Below are positions 1 to 11,170 of a DNA stretch of 35,003 nt, one piece after another. The stretch is taken from positions 1 through 35,003 of the forward strand of contig QKGW01000032.1 in assembly GCA_003250275.1 (NCBI GenBank), read 5' to 3'. Position 1 is the first letter of the stretch, and each line of letters starts with the position of its first letter. The position numbers were made by a program, and so were the translations under genes. The DNA is from Alphaproteobacteria bacterium. GTDB taxonomy: Bacteria > Pseudomonadota > Alphaproteobacteria > Rhodospirillales > Rhodospirillaceae. The notes beneath the pieces were generated by a model. The model was not told where the DNA came from, made no database searches, and saw only the letters and a list, made by a program, of their open reading frames with translations.

Positions 1-723
1 CGCGCCCATGATCACGACGCGGCTGGAAAGCTGATCCTCGTGCCCGAACACCGCGAGCGCGCGCTGCGTTTTGGCGGTCTCGGTGATGAAGTAGACGTCG
101 TCGCCCGGCTGCATGATGTCGTCGCCGGTCGGCACCCAGGCGCGTTCGTCGCGGATGATGCCGAGGATGGTGATCGAAAGCTCGGGGAAGAGCTGCGAGA
201 GCTGGCGCAGCGGGGTGTTGAGGATCGGGCAGTTCTGCGAGGCGCGCGCGCCGATCAGGCGCACCTTGTCCCCCGCCAGCGGGATCACGTCGAGCGCGCC
301 AGGCACTTCGAGAAGCCGCGTCACCGACTGCGCCACCTCGTACTCGGGCGAGATGATCACGTCGATCGGCATGTTCTCGCGCGAATAGAGGTTCGCCCAG
401 ATCGGCGAAAGGTAGCTCTGCGAGCGTACGCGCGCGATCTTGGTCGGCACCTTGAAGAGCGAATGCGCGACCTGGCAGGCGACCATGTTGACTTCGTCGG
501 TGGGCGTCACCGCGATCATCATGTCCGCGGTGTTCGCGCCCGCCTGCTCGAGCGTCTGCGGGTGCGCCGCATGGCCGACCACGGCCTGCACGTCGAGCTG
601 ATCCTGGATCTTGCGGATCAGCTCCGGCCGCCGGTCGACGACGGTGATATCGGCATCCTCGGCCGCGAGATAGCGGGCGATGTTGAAACCCACCTGACCG
701 GCGCCGCAAATCAAAACCCGCAT
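1..723 (-). CDS. trkA: Trk potassium uptake NAD-binding subunit TrkA (5' part; runs off the window edge)
   Basis: Not in the ORF track. Manual translation from ATG at 723 gives MRVLICGAGQVGFNIARYLAAEDADITVVDRRPELIRKIQDQLDVQAVVGHGAHP, with the GxGxxG Rossmann motif. RBS AAGGAAG lies upstream and the gene follows ntrX, a common arrangement. Confidence 0.93.
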   Translation of the reverse strand, partial: MRVLICGAGQVGFNIARYLAAEDADITVVDRRPELIRKIQDQLDVQAVVGHAAHPQTLEQAGANTADMMIAVTPTDEVNMVACQVAHSLFKVPTKIARVRSQSYLSPIWANLYSRENMPIDVIISPEYEVAQSVTRLLEVPGALDVIPLAGDKVRLIGARASQNCPILNTPLRQLSQLFPELSITILGIIRDERAWVPTGDDIMQPGDDVYFITETAKTQRALAVFGHEDQLSSRVVIMGA

Positions 724-741
724 GATGGCCGCTTCCTTGTA

Positions 742-2136
742 TCAGCGCGAATGTTCGTCGGCGAAGATGCCGAGAGACTTGAGCTTGCGGTGCAGGGCCG
801 ACCGCTCCATGCCGACGAACCCCGCGGTCTTCGAGATGTTGCCGCCGAAGCGGACGAGCTGGCTCGACAGGTAATCGCGCTCGAACAGTTCGCGCGCCTC
901 GCGCAGCGGCAGCGCCATGATCTCGGCGGAATAGCTGCTGTGCAGCGTCACCGGCGCGGTCGCGCCGATTTCGGGCGGCAGCATCTCGGCGGAAATCGGC
1001 GCTTTCGCGTCGCCCGGCGCCATGATCGTCGCCCAGTCCATCGCGTTACGAAGCTGGCGCACGTTGCCGGGCCAGTCGTAGGCGCGCAACGCGGCGAGCG
1101 CGTCTTCGCCGAGGGCGCGCGGCGAGGTACCCGAGGACGCGGCGGCGGCCTTGAGGAACACCCCGGCAAGCTCGGGGATATCCTCGCGGCGCTCGCGCAG
1201 CGGCGGCATCGCGAGCGGCACCACCGCGAGGCGGTAGTAGAGGTCCTCGCGGAACAGACCTTCGGAAATCGCGCGGGTGAGGTCGCGGTTGGTGGTCGAG
1301 ATCACCCGCACGTCGACCTTGACGCGGCCGTGCCCGCCGAGGCGCTCGAAGCTCTGATCCTGGAGCACGCGGACGATCTTGCCCTGGGTTTCGAGCGGCA
1401 TGTCGGCGACTTCGTCGAGCAGCAGGGTGCCGCCGTGGGCGCGTTCGAACACGCCGGGATGGCCGGGGCTGTCCGGTCCCGCGTAGCCCGGCTCGGCGCC
1501 GAAGAGCTCGCGCTCCATCCGGTCCGGGTGCATCGCCGCGCAATTGACCACCACGAACGGCCCGTTGCAGCGCTTCGACTGCACATGGATTTGCCGCGCC
1601 ACCACTTCCTTGCCCGCGCCCGCGGGGCCGGTGATCAGCACGCGCGAGCCGGTCGGCGCAACGCGCTCGACGATCTGGCGCACCTGCTGCACCGCTGGCG
1701 ACGAGCCGATCAGGTCAGCCGCCGAACCGGTGAGCGCGCGCAGATTGCGGTTCTCGGTGCGCAGCGTGCTGGCTTCGAGCGCGCGTTCCACCACCAGCAA
1801 CAGGCGCTGCATCTTGAACGGCTTCTCGATGAAGTCGTAGGCGCCTTCCTTGAGCGCGGCGACGGCGGTCTCGACGGTGCCGTGGCCCGAAATCATCACC
1901 ACCGGCAGGTCGGGATCGCGCTTGCGGATTTCGCGCAGGATGCCGAGGCCGTCGAGACGGCTGCCCTCGAGCCAGACATCGAGAATGACGAGGTGCGGCC
2001 GACGCTCCTTCACCGCGGCAAGAGCGGAATCCGCGTCGCTCGCCTCGCGCGGCGTGTAGCCTTCGTCTTCCAAAATACCGGCAACCAACATGCGGATGTC
2101 GGCTTCGTCGTCGACGATCAGGATATCCATGGACAC
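742..2136 (-). CDS. ntrX: Response regulator NtrX (REC-AAA+-HTH)
   Basis: Receiver domain ILIVDDE...LDVWL, Walker [39 protein letters not shown]. Lacks GAFTGA, as is typical of NtrX, and lies downstream of ntrY. Start is GTG 2136 or ATG 2130. Confidence 0.95.
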   Translation of the reverse strand: MSMDILIVDDEADIRMLVAGILEDEGYTPREASDADSALAAVKERRPHLVILDVWLEGSRLDGLGILREIRKRDPDLPVVMISGHGTVETAVAALKEGAYDFIEKPFKMQRLLLVVERALEASTLRTENRNLRALTGSAADLIGSSPAVQQVRQIVERVAPTGSRVLITGPAGAGKEVVARQIHVQSKRCNGPFVVVNCAAMHPDRMERELFGAEPGYAGPDSPGHPGVFERAHGGTLLLDEVADMPLETQGKIVRVLQDQSFERLGGHGRVKVDVRVISTTNRDLTRAISEGLFREDLYYRLAVVPLAMPPLRERREDIPELAGVFLKAAAASSGTSPRALGEDALAALRAYDWPGNVRQLRNAMDWATIMAPGDAKAPISAEMLPPEIGATAPVTLHSSYSAEIMALPLREARELFERDYLSSQLVRFGGNISKTAGFVGMERSALHRKLKSLGIFADEHSR

Positions 2137-2152
2137 TCTTTTTCACACGTCT

Positions 2153-4447
2153 TTATGCATTCGGGGCCTCGCCTTCCGGCATGGCCTCGGCCGCGGCGGC
2201 AGCCGCGGGGAATTCCAAGATGATCCGCGCGCCCTGAGTGGGCTGCAAGTCGCGCCCGGTGTCAAGCGCAGAGGCGTCGGAAGCGTCTTCGGCATCTTCC
2301 AATCGCAGATGTCCGTTATGATCTTCCATGATCTTCTTCACGATCGCCAGCCCCAGGCCGGTTCCCTTGGTGCGATTGGTGACATAGGGATCGGTCAGGC
2401 GCTCGCGCCCCTGCGACGGCAGGCCGGTGCCGTTGTCGGCGATCTCCACGCGAATCCCCTCTTCCACCGCGCGCACCGCGATCTGGATCGCGCCTCGCGG
2501 TTCGGGCCGCGTCTTCTGGCGCTCCTCGATCGATTCGATCGCGTTCTTGAGGATGTTGGTGAGGCACTGCGCGACCAGCCCCCGGTCGCATTCGACCATC
2601 GTCGGGCGTCCCGGCAGTTCGACGGCGAAGGCGATGGTCGGATACGCGCCGCGCTGCAATTCCGCCGCCTGCTGCACCAGCAGCGAGAGGTTTTCGCGGG
2701 CGAACTGCGGCGTCGGCATCCGTGCGAACGAGGAAAACTCGTCGACGAGGCGGCGGATGTCGCCGACCTGCCGCACGATCGTTTCGGTGAGGCCCTGGAA
2801 GGTCTCGCCGCCCTCGGCGATCTGCGGCGCGTACTTGCGTTGCAGGCGCTCGGCGGAAAGCTGGATCGGCGTCAGCGGGTTCTTGATTTCGTGCGCGATC
2901 CGGCGCGCCACGTCGGACCATGCGGCGGCCCGCTGCGCCGCCTGAAGCTCGGTGACATCGTCGAAGGTGAGAACATAGCCGATGACGTCGAGCCCCGAGA
3001 ACTCGGTGCCGACGCGCACCAGGAGGGTGCGTTCGTGGCCGTTGCGGCGGATGCTCACCGGTTTCTGCACCGCGCGCCCGGTGATGTGGCGCATTTCGGT
3101 GAAGGCAGAGTCGAGTTCGGGCGACAACTCGGCGAGCATCTTGCCGACCGCCGTCGGCGCGTCGATGCCGAGAAGTTCCGCCGCCGAGGGGTTCACCGCG
3201 CGCACCCGGCCGACCGCGTCGAGCCCGAGCACGCCCGCAGAAACGCCGGTCAGCACCGCCTCGGTGAAGCGGCGGCGGGTGTCGAGCTGTTCGTTGGCTT
3301 CGAGCAGGCGTTCGCGCTGATCGGCGAGTTGGATCAGCATCCGGTTGAACGCGCGGGAAAGCACCGAAACCTCGTCGGCGTAGGCGTACTCGCGCACCCG
3401 TGCGGACAGATCGCCCTCGCCCACCTTCTCCGCCGCGCCGATCAGTTCGGAGATCGGCTGCACCAGCTTGTTGGAGAGCGTGAGGCCGAGCCACATCGCA
3501 GTGAGCAGCAGCAGCAGCGAGACGAGGATATAGACCAGGGTAAAGGTCAGCTCGAAGTCCCACCGCTCGATTTCGAGCGCCTGATAGGCCTGCACCGCCT
3601 TCTGCGCTTGCTCGATGTGGCCGATCACCGTCGCGTCGACGAAGCGGCCGATGTAGAGGAAGTTCTCGCCCGGCGCGAGCACGTCGAGGCGGATCAGCGC
3701 GCGCACCCGGTCGTCGTTGCCGCTGGTGAGGAGCGCCACCTCGCCGCGCTTCGCCTTCTCCAGCGCCCACATCGGCACGTCTTCGTACTGCAGCGAGAAG
3801 GTGAAGCCCGCGCGCGCCATCACGTCGCCGGTCTCGTTGAAGATCACCGCCTCGGAGAGGCCGCGCTGCAACGTCTCCTGGCGCATGAACGCGTCCATCC
3901 GCGCGTTGGAAATATAAAGCGAATCCCAATTGCGCGAGACGTCCTGTGCCATGCTGAGCGCGTCGGTGGCGACCGCCTGCTGGTGCTCCTTGAGATAGGC
4001 CTCGGCGACCACCAGGGACTCGTGCACGGCGGTGCCGACGCGGTTGGAGAACCACCCCTGCAGACCGTTGTGGAAGAACAGCGCCGAGAAGGTGCCGACG
4101 AGCACCGTCGGGATCACCGAGAGCAGTGCGAAGCTCAGCACCAGGCGGCTTTGCAGGCGCGAGCCCGCCGCGCCGCGCCGCCGCTCGGCGTAGATCTGCA
4201 CCAGCCGCTTGCCGACGAGGATCGAGAGCGCGAGCAGGAACGCGAGATCGAGGTTGAGGTAGACGAACGCGAGATCGGGCGACGGACGGAACGGCCCCGC
4301 CTCGAACAGCGCGGCCATGGTCAGAAGGCCGGACACCAGCGCGCCGAGCGCGAGCAGAAACGCGAGTTTACGCCCAAGCCGCACCCGCCGCGCCCAAAGT
4401 CCCAGGCGCATCCCCAGGCGATGTTTCGACTTGGGCGGCGTCACCAT
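2153..4447 (-). CDS. ntrY: Membrane sensor histidine kinase NtrY (TM-HAMP-PAS-HisKA-HATPase)
   Basis: AGSRLQSRLV after the TM segments, H-box AAWSDVARRIAHEIKNPLTPIQLSAERL, G-boxes DNGTG and GTGLGL. Lies between ntrC and ntrX. Confidence 0.95.
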   Translation of the reverse strand: MVTPPKSKHRLGMRLGLWARRVRLGRKLAFLLALGALVSGLLTMAALFEAGPFRPSPDLAFVYLNLDLAFLLALSILVGKRLVQIYAERRRGAAGSRLQSRLVLSFALLSVIPTVLVGTFSALFFHNGLQGWFSNRVGTAVHESLVVAEAYLKEHQQAVATDALSMAQDVSRNWDSLYISNARMDAFMRQETLQRGLSEAVIFNETGDVMARAGFTFSLQYEDVPMWALEKAKRGEVALLTSGNDDRVRALIRLDVLAPGENFLYIGRFVDATVIGHIEQAQKAVQAYQALEIERWDFELTFTLVYILVSLLLLLTAMWLGLTLSNKLVQPISELIGAAEKVGEGDLSARVREYAYADEVSVLSRAFNRMLIQLADQRERLLEANEQLDTRRRFTEAVLTGVSAGVLGLDAVGRVRAVNPSAAELLGIDAPTAVGKMLAELSPELDSAFTEMRHITGRAVQKPVSIRRNGHERTLLVRVGTEFSGLDVIGYVLTFDDVTELQAAQRAAAWSDVARRIAHEIKNPLTPIQLSAERLQRKYAPQIAEGGETFQGLTETIVRQVGDIRRLVDEFSSFARMPTPQFARENLSLLVQQAAELQRGAYPTIAFAVELPGRPTMVECDRGLVAQCLTNILKNAIESIEERQKTRPEPRGAIQIAVRAVEEGIRVEIADNGTGLPSQGRERLTDPYVTNRTKGTGLGLAIVKKIMEDHNGHLRLEDAEDASDASALDTGRDLQPTQGARIILEFPAAAAAAEAMPEGEAPNA

Positions 4448-4457
4448 GACGCGCGCC

Positions 4458-5900
<1,443 letters not shown>

Positions 5901-5928
5901 GGGTTTGCGTCTTTCTTTCTGATTGTCG

Positions 5929-7053
5929 TCAGGCGACCGGCAGCATCACGCGGAAGATCGTCTTCTTCGGCTGGCAATCGAACTCGATGATGCCACCATG
6001 GTCGTCGACGATCTTGGCCACCAGCGACAAGCCGAGGCCGGAACCGCTCGACTTGGTGGTGACGAAGGGATCGAAGAGGTTCTGGCGCAGTTCCTTCGGG
6101 ATGCCCGCGCCGTTGTCCTGCACCGTCACCACCAGCGGCACGTGCTGGCGGCTGTCTGCGCCGCCCGGCACCGCGAGGCGGATGCCGTGCTGGTAGTTGG
6201 TGGAGATAACGATCTCCGGGGCGTCCTTGGGGCACGCCTCGGCAGCGTTCTTGACGAGGTTGAGGAACACCTGGATCAGCTGATCGCGGTCCCCCAGCAC
6301 CGGCGGCAGCGACGGGTCGTACATCTCGACGATGCGGATGCCCTTGGCGAAGCCGTTCTCGGCGACGCGGCGGACGTGTTCCAGCACCTGATGGATGTTG
6401 ACCGGCTGGCGCATCAGCTGCGGCTTGTCGGAGAACGCCTCCATCCGGTCGACCAGCGCGACGATGCGGTCGGCCTCGTCGCAGATCAGCCGGGTCAGGG
6501 TGCGGTCGTCCTCGCTCGCGTTCTGTTCGAGAAGCTGCGCCGCGCCGCGGATGCCCGAGAGCGGGTTTTTGACCTCGTGCGCGAGCAGGCGCGCCATCGC
6601 CGTCACCGAGCGGGCGACGTTGCGGTGGCTCAACTGCTGGCCGATCTTCTTCGCGATCGAGTGCTCGTGCATCGAGAGCACGACGCAACGGTTGTCGTCG
6701 AACACCGGCGCGACCTGCACCGTCATCGTGCGCGGGCCGGTGCGCGGGGTATCGAGCTCGACGCCGTATTCGGAATAGCGGCAGTGATCGGCGCGGCACT
6801 GATCGAGGAGCGCGTACGCCGGGCTGTCCTTCGGCACGAAATCCGAAAGCGGCAGCCCGATCATGTGCGAGCCGCCGGTTTCGAACAGCGCCTCGGCGGC
6901 GGCGTTGACGTAGGTGATGTGGTTCTCGGCATCGAGCGCCACGACCGCCTCCGGCAGCGCGTGCAGGACGCCCGCCATCTCCTCGGCGCTGGCCGGCTGC
7001 GCCTTGCCCTTCTCCGCCTTCTTGGCGTTCTGGAACTTGCTGAACATCGACAT
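5929..7053 (-). CDS. ntrB: Nitrogen regulation kinase NtrB (PAS-HisKA-HATPase)
   Basis: H-box [43 protein letters not shown]. Start re-chosen at ATG 7053, which overlaps the dusB TGA (TGATG) and has AGGAG upstream. Confidence 0.95.
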   Translation of the reverse strand: MSMFSKFQNAKKAEKGKAQPASAEEMAGVLHALPEAVVALDAENHITYVNAAAEALFETGGSHMIGLPLSDFVPKDSPAYALLDQCRADHCRYSEYGVELDTPRTGPRTMTVQVAPVFDDNRCVVLSMHEHSIAKKIGQQLSHRNVARSVTAMARLLAHEVKNPLSGIRGAAQLLEQNASEDDRTLTRLICDEADRIVALVDRMEAFSDKPQLMRQPVNIHQVLEHVRRVAENGFAKGIRIVEMYDPSLPPVLGDRDQLIQVFLNLVKNAAEACPKDAPEIVISTNYQHGIRLAVPGGADSRQHVPLVVTVQDNGAGIPKELRQNLFDPFVTTKSSGSGLGLSLVAKIVDDHGGIIEFDCQPKKTIFRVMLPVA

Positions 7054-8048
7054 CAGGCGGCCAAACTCCTTGCGTGATTCATGGCGCGGCGGAAGAGATC
7101 GGCGATCGCCTCGCGGGTTTCCTCGACGGTTTCGGCGGCGAACACCCGTTCGCGCGCGGCGGCGGCGCCGTCGATGCCGCGGATCGCCCAGGCGACGTGC
7201 TTGCGTGCCGCGCGCAGCCCGGCGAACGCGCCGTATTCGGCGAGCATCGCGTCGAGATGCTCGATCAGGATCGTTTCGCGCTCGGCGAGATCGGGCTCGG
7301 GCGGCATCTCGCCGGTCGCGAGCCCTCGGGCGACGTGCCCGGCCAGCCATGGTCGCCCGCAGGCGGCGCGCCCGATCATCACCCCCGCCGCGCCCGACTC
7401 CGCGAGCGCGCGGCGAGCCGAAGCGAGATCGCAGACGTCGCCGTTGGCGATCACCGGCACCGCAACGGCCTCCGCGACCGCCGCGATCGCACGCCAGTCG
7501 GCGATGCCGGAATAGAGTTGATCGCGGGTGCGCCCGTGCACCGTCACCATGCGCGCGCCGGCATCGGCCATCCGCCGCGCGAATTCGGGCGCGTTGCGGT
7601 TTTCGTCATCCCAGCCGAGGCGGATCTTCACCGAAACCGGCAGATCGACCGCCGCCGACACCGCCGAAACGATCGCCGCGGCCCGTTCCGGTTCGCGCAT
7701 CAGCACTGCGCCGCCGCCGGATTTCGCGATTTTCTTCGCCGGGCAGCCCATGTTGACGTCGATTGCCGCCGCCCCGGCTTCCGCCGCGATACGCGCGGCC
7801 TCGGCCATCTTCTCCGGCTCGCCGCCGACGAGTTGCACCACCAGCGGCGCCTCGGCGGAAAAGTCGAGGCTGCGGCGGTTGGTCTTGCCGCCGTGGGCGA
7901 GCAGGCTCGACGCGAACATCTCCGAAACCACCGCGGGCGCGCCGAAGCGCCGCGCAAGCCGACGGAACGGCGCGTCGGTCACGCCGGACATCGGCGCGAG
8001 CACAACCAGAGGCGAGGATAGCTGCGTAAGATCGGTCAACGGCACCAT
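7053..8048 (-). CDS. dusB: tRNA-dihydrouridine synthase DusB (NifR3 family)
   Basis: Motifs LAPMSGVTD, DVNMGCP, KIRLGW, VHGRT, ANGD, MIGRA. Occupies the classic nifR3-ntrB-ntrC position. The start is uncertain: ATG 8048 was chosen, but the ORF extends to 8078. Confidence 0.92.
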   Translation of the reverse strand: MVPLTDLTQLSSPLVVLAPMSGVTDAPFRRLARRFGAPAVVSEMFASSLLAHGGKTNRRSLDFSAEAPLVVQLVGGEPEKMAEAARIAAEAGAAAIDVNMGCPAKKIAKSGGGAVLMREPERAAAIVSAVSAAVDLPVSVKIRLGWDDENRNAPEFARRMADAGARMVTVHGRTRDQLYSGIADWRAIAAVAEAVAVPVIANGDVCDLASARRALAESGAAGVMIGRAACGRPWLAGHVARGLATGEMPPEPDLAERETILIEHLDAMLAEYGAFAGLRAARKHVAWAIRGIDGAAAARERVFAAETVEETREAIADLFRRAMNHARSLAA

Positions 8049-8053
8049 CTCGG

Positions 8054-8103
8054 ACACCAAAATTCGGGCGTATTCCACCCAATGATTGCCTGCAATTCAA
8101 GCA
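8054..8103. promoter_or_regulatory. Candidate pair of NtrC-binding sites between dusB and ispDF
   Basis: TGCCTGCAATTCAAGCA (8087-8103) fits TGC-N11-GCA. A weaker ACACCAAAATTCGGGCG lies at 8054-8070, with centres 33 bp apart. Confidence 0.45.
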
Positions 8104-8270
8104 AATTCGGCACTGATTGAACAAATATGCGGCCCCGCCTACGAAGTAGTCAACGCCTCGCAATCGCTACTGCCCGCCCGGCGGGCACGCTTTAGAGGAA
8201 TCCATGGCATATGACAAAGAACCGCGATACCGTGGGGACCGACGAACTGAATACGGGTACGGGGGACCGG

Positions 8271-9431
8271 ATGAAACGGTGTGTGGCGTTGGTGGTCGCG
8301 GCGGGGCGCGGCGAACGGTTCGGTGGCGATGTTCCCAAGCAGTACCGGACGCTTGGCGACGCGCCGATGTTGCGGCACACCCTCGGGCGATTGTCCGCCC
8401 ATCCGGACATCGCCGAGGTGCGCGCGGTGATCCATCCCAACGACGTCGCCCTCTATGAAGCGGCTGCCAAGGGCCTCGGCCTCGCGCCGCCGATCTTCGG
8501 CGGGCCGGAGCGGCAGGACTCGGTGCGCCTCGGCCTCGAGGCGCTTGCCGCCGACCCGCCCGATCTCGTGTTGATTCACGACGGCGCGCGGCCCTTCGTC
8601 GGCGCAGGCGTGATCGACCGGGTGCTCGACGCCCTCGAACACGCCGACGCGGCGGTGCCTGCCCTGCCGGTGTGCGACACCCTCAAGCGCAGCCTCGACG
8701 ACGGCGGCAGCGAAACCGTCGACCGCGCCAAGGTGTGGCGCGCGCAGACGCCGCAGGGCTTCCGTTTCGCGCCGATCCTCCAGGCGCACCGCGAGACCAA
8801 CGGCCGCTCGCTCACCGACGACACCACCGTCGCCGAGGTCTGCGGCATCGCGGTCGCGATGGTCGACGGCGACGAGCGCAACCTCAAGATCACCACCCCG
8901 AGCGACTTCGAGCACGCTTCCCGCCTGCTCGCCGGGCCGACCGAAACCCGCATCGGCCAGGGCGTCGACGTGCACAAGCTCGGCGAAGGCAACTCGGTGA
9001 CGCTGTGCGGCGTGCTGGTGCCCCACGACCAGGGACTCGTCGGTCATTCCGACGCCGACGTCGCGCTCCACGCCCTCACCGACGCGCTCCTCGGCACCAT
9101 CGCCGCGGGCGACATCGGCCGCCACTTCCCGCCGTCGGACGAGAAATGGCGCGGCGCCGCCTCGGTGCTGTTCGTCAAGCGCGCGGTGGCGCTGGTGAAG
9201 GCGCGCGGCGCGCGCATCGTCAACGCCGACATCACGATTCTCGGCGAAGCGCCGCGAATCGGGCCGCACCGCCGGATGATGACCACCCGCGTCGCGTCGA
9301 TCCTCGGGATCGACAACGGCCGCGTCGGGATCAAGGCGACGACCACCGAGGAACTCGGCTTCATCGGCCGCCGCGAGGGCCTCGCCGCCTTCGCCGTGGT
9401 GACGGTGCAGTGCCCCGCCCAGGTGCCCTGA
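8271..9431 (+). CDS. ispDF: Bifunctional MEP cytidylyltransferase / MECDP synthase
   Basis: IspD motifs AAGRGERFG, PKQY, RQDSV, IHDGARPF, AQTPQGF, KITT. IspF motifs GQGVDVH, GHSDADVALHALTDALLG, GDIGRHFP, KATTTE. Start chosen at ATG 8271 after GGGGGA. Confidence 0.96.
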   Translation: MKRCVALVVAAGRGERFGGDVPKQYRTLGDAPMLRHTLGRLSAHPDIAEVRAVIHPNDVALYEAAAKGLGLAPPIFGGPERQDSVRLGLEALAADPPDLVLIHDGARPFVGAGVIDRVLDALEHADAAVPALPVCDTLKRSLDDGGSETVDRAKVWRAQTPQGFRFAPILQAHRETNGRSLTDDTTVAEVCGIAVAMVDGDERNLKITTPSDFEHASRLLAGPTETRIGQGVDVHKLGEGNSVTLCGVLVPHDQGLVGHSDADVALHALTDALLGTIAAGDIGRHFPPSDEKWRGAASVLFVKRAVALVKARGARIVNADITILGEAPRIGPHRRMMTTRVASILGIDNGRVGIKATTTEELGFIGRREGLAAFAVVTVQCPAQVP

Positions 9432-9761
9432 TCACCCGGCCAGCGTCCGTTCCCCCAGCCATGCGAGATAGGGCGCGCTGCCCGCGACGAGCGGCAGCGC
9501 GACGACACACGGGCATTCGTAGGAGTGCGCGGCGACGATCTCGTCCTTGAGGCGTTCGAACAGATCCTGGCGGGTTTTCAGCACCAGCGCGCACTCGGAG
9601 TCGTCCTGGACCGCGCCGTCCCACCAGTAGAACGAACGGATTTCGCCGACGATGTTGGCGCACGCGGCGAGCCGCGTCTCGACCGCGCGGCGCGCCAAAG
9701 CCTCGGCTTCCGCGCGGTCGCGGGCGGTGACGTAGACGAGACAGAACGGCGTATCGGTCAT
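9432..9761 (-). CDS. cutA: Divalent-cation tolerance protein CutA
   Basis: LVYVT, RLAACANI, SFYWWDG, LKT, HSYECPCV. Start at ATG 9761 with GGAGG RBS; the longer track ORF is over-extended. Confidence 0.93.
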   Translation of the reverse strand: MTDTPFCLVYVTARDRAEAEALARRAVETRLAACANIVGEIRSFYWWDGAVQDDSECALVLKTRQDLFERLKDEIVAAHSYECPCVVALPLVAGSAPYLAWLGERTLAG

Positions 9762-9839
9762 TTCACGCCTCCGGGATGACAAGCGGACAGAGTCCCGCTT
9801 ACCATGATCGTCTTGCTGACGCCAACGAGGACCGATCGG

Positions 9840-10109
9840 ATGCCCCGCGAGGATGCCCCCCGCCCCACCCCGGCCCAACGCAAATGGCTGCACCGCGGCC
9901 TCACCCAGGCCGGCGGCAAGTTGCCGTTGTTCGACGAGGTGGGACGCCGCGTGAGTAGCCGCATGGTGCAGTCGTGCATCGCGCGCGGCTGGGCGGAGCC
10001 CTGGTTCGCCAACCCGTTGAAGCCGGACTGGCTGGTCTGCCGCCTCACCGCGGAGGGGCGTCGCCTGATTTCCGGCCGCCGCGCCGAACAGGCGCAACTG
10101 CACTCGTAG
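9840..10109 (+). CDS. Small conserved hypothetical protein (GGKLPLFD...GWAEPWF.NP.KPDWLVCRLT family)
   Basis: Protein-like composition, GAGG upstream of ATG 9840 (alternative start 9804), divergent from cutA. The motif is familiar from uncharacterised alphaproteobacterial proteins (recollection, not a search). Confidence 0.8.
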   Translation: MPREDAPRPTPAQRKWLHRGLTQAGGKLPLFDEVGRRVSSRMVQSCIARGWAEPWFANPLKPDWLVCRLTAEGRRLISGRRAEQAQLHS

Positions 10110-10159
10110 TCGCAGACTACGGGCGCGTAACGAATTCGCGGATTTTCATTGGGGAAAAG

Positions 10160-10236
10160 TGGTCGGAGCGGCGGGATTCGAACCCACGACCCCCAGCACC
10201 CCATGCTGGTGCGCTACCAAACTGCGCCACGCTCCG
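10160..10236 (-). tRNA. tRNA-Pro (anticodon GGG)
   Basis: Reverse complement is CGGAGCGTGGCGCAGTTTGGTAGCGCACCAGCATGGGGTGCTGGGGGTCGTGGGTTCGAATCCCGCCGCTCCGACCA. Anticodon stem CCAGC/GCTGG with loop AT-GGG-GT, T-loop GTTCGAATC, encoded CCA, 77 nt. Confidence 0.98.
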
Positions 10237-10285
10237 ACACACCGGCAACCCCTGGAAATTCCCAGGGATTGGATCAAGGACGCGC

Positions 10286-10314
10286 ACTATAGACCGCCCG
10301 ATCACGCCGCGCAA
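10286..10314 (-). promoter_or_regulatory. Sigma70-type promoter of tRNA-Pro
   Basis: Minus strand reads TTGCGC-N17-TATAGT followed by a GC-rich discriminator GCGCGTCC, about 50 bp upstream of the tRNA. Confidence 0.7.
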
Positions 10315-10334
10315 GCGACGTTTCGGGGTTCCGA

Positions 10335-10850
10335 TCAATCTTGTCCGGAAGCCTCTTCGGCATCCGCAAGCGCTTGATCCAGGCTGTTTTTCAGCCGGAC
10401 GAGCGCACCGATCGCAGCCCGCACCTCGGCGCGCTGGTGCGGCGAGAGTCCGGTATGCTGGACCGCCGGCAGATCGAGCGGCAGGTTCGGCTCGCGCCCC
10501 ACGGGCGCCTCGGCGGCCGGCACGGCGTCGGCGGACGCTTCGGTCATCGCCGGCGGCGCGATCAGCCCGTCCACGCCCTTCTCGTCGAGGATCTTGCGGA
10601 CCCCCTTGATGGTGAAGCCGTCGTCGTAGAGCCGCGTGCGGATCGCGCGCAGCAGCGCCACGTCCTCGGGGCGGTAATACCGCCGCCCGCCGCCCCGCTT
10701 GAGGGGCTGGATCGCGGGAAACCGCGTTTCCCAAAACCGCAGCACGTGCTGCGGCACACCAAGTTCCTGGGCGACCTCGCTGATCGTGCGAAACGCCGCG
10801 TCGGACTTGTGCGTCCGGCGCGGGCCTTCGCCCTCCGCTGCGGTGGTCAT
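10335..10850 (-). CDS. MerR-family HTH transcriptional regulator (conserved ihfA-linked type)
   Basis: [30 protein letters not shown]...[11 protein letters not shown]...GFTIKGV. The ihfA-MerR-tRNA-Pro gene order is conserved. Confidence 0.93.
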   Translation of the reverse strand: MTTAAEGEGPRRTHKSDAAFRTISEVAQELGVPQHVLRFWETRFPAIQPLKRGGGRRYYRPEDVALLRAIRTRLYDDGFTIKGVRKILDEKGVDGLIAPPAMTEASADAVPAAEAPVGREPNLPLDLPAVQHTGLSPHQRAEVRAAIGALVRLKNSLDQALADAEEASGQD

Positions 10851-10873
10851 GTCACGTCTCCGTTGCCGGAAGC

Positions 10874-11170
10874 TTACGCACCTTCGTTGATGCGCGCCTT
10901 CAGGAGCTGCGACGGGCGGAACACCAGAACCTTGCGCGGAAGGATCGGAACCTCCTCGCCGGTTTTGGGATTGCGGCCGATGCGCTCGCCTTTGCTGCGC
11001 ACGGAAAAGCTGCCGAAGGAGGAAATCTTGACGACGTCGCCTTCCGACAGCGCCGTGGAGATCTCGTCCAACACCATCTCCAGCAGATCGGCCGACTCAT
11101 TCCGCGACAGCCCGACCTCCTGGTAGACCGCTTCGCTCAGGTGCGCGCGGGTAACCGTTTGCTCACTCAT
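10874..11170 (-). CDS. ihfA: Integration host factor alpha
   Basis: [22 protein letters not shown]...VKISSFGSF...[18 protein letters not shown]. Confidence 0.97.
   Translation of the reverse strand: MSEQTVTRAHLSEAVYQEVGLSRNESADLLEMVLDEISTALSEGDVVKISSFGSFSVRSKGERIGRNPKTGEEVPILPRKVLVFRPSQLLKARINEGA

Noticed and set aside
1440-1510. NtrX lacking the GAFTGA sigma54-contact loop
   Set aside because: Real, but a known general property of alphaproteobacterial NtrX, so not novel.
9429-9434. ispDF and cutA stops abut with zero gap and no terminator
   Set aside because: Tight convergent packing is common in these genomes, and nothing else suggests a function.
10110-10236. tRNA-Pro 3' end as a possible integration site
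   Set aside because: No integrase, no duplicated tRNA 3' fragment noticed, and no foreign-looking DNA next to it.
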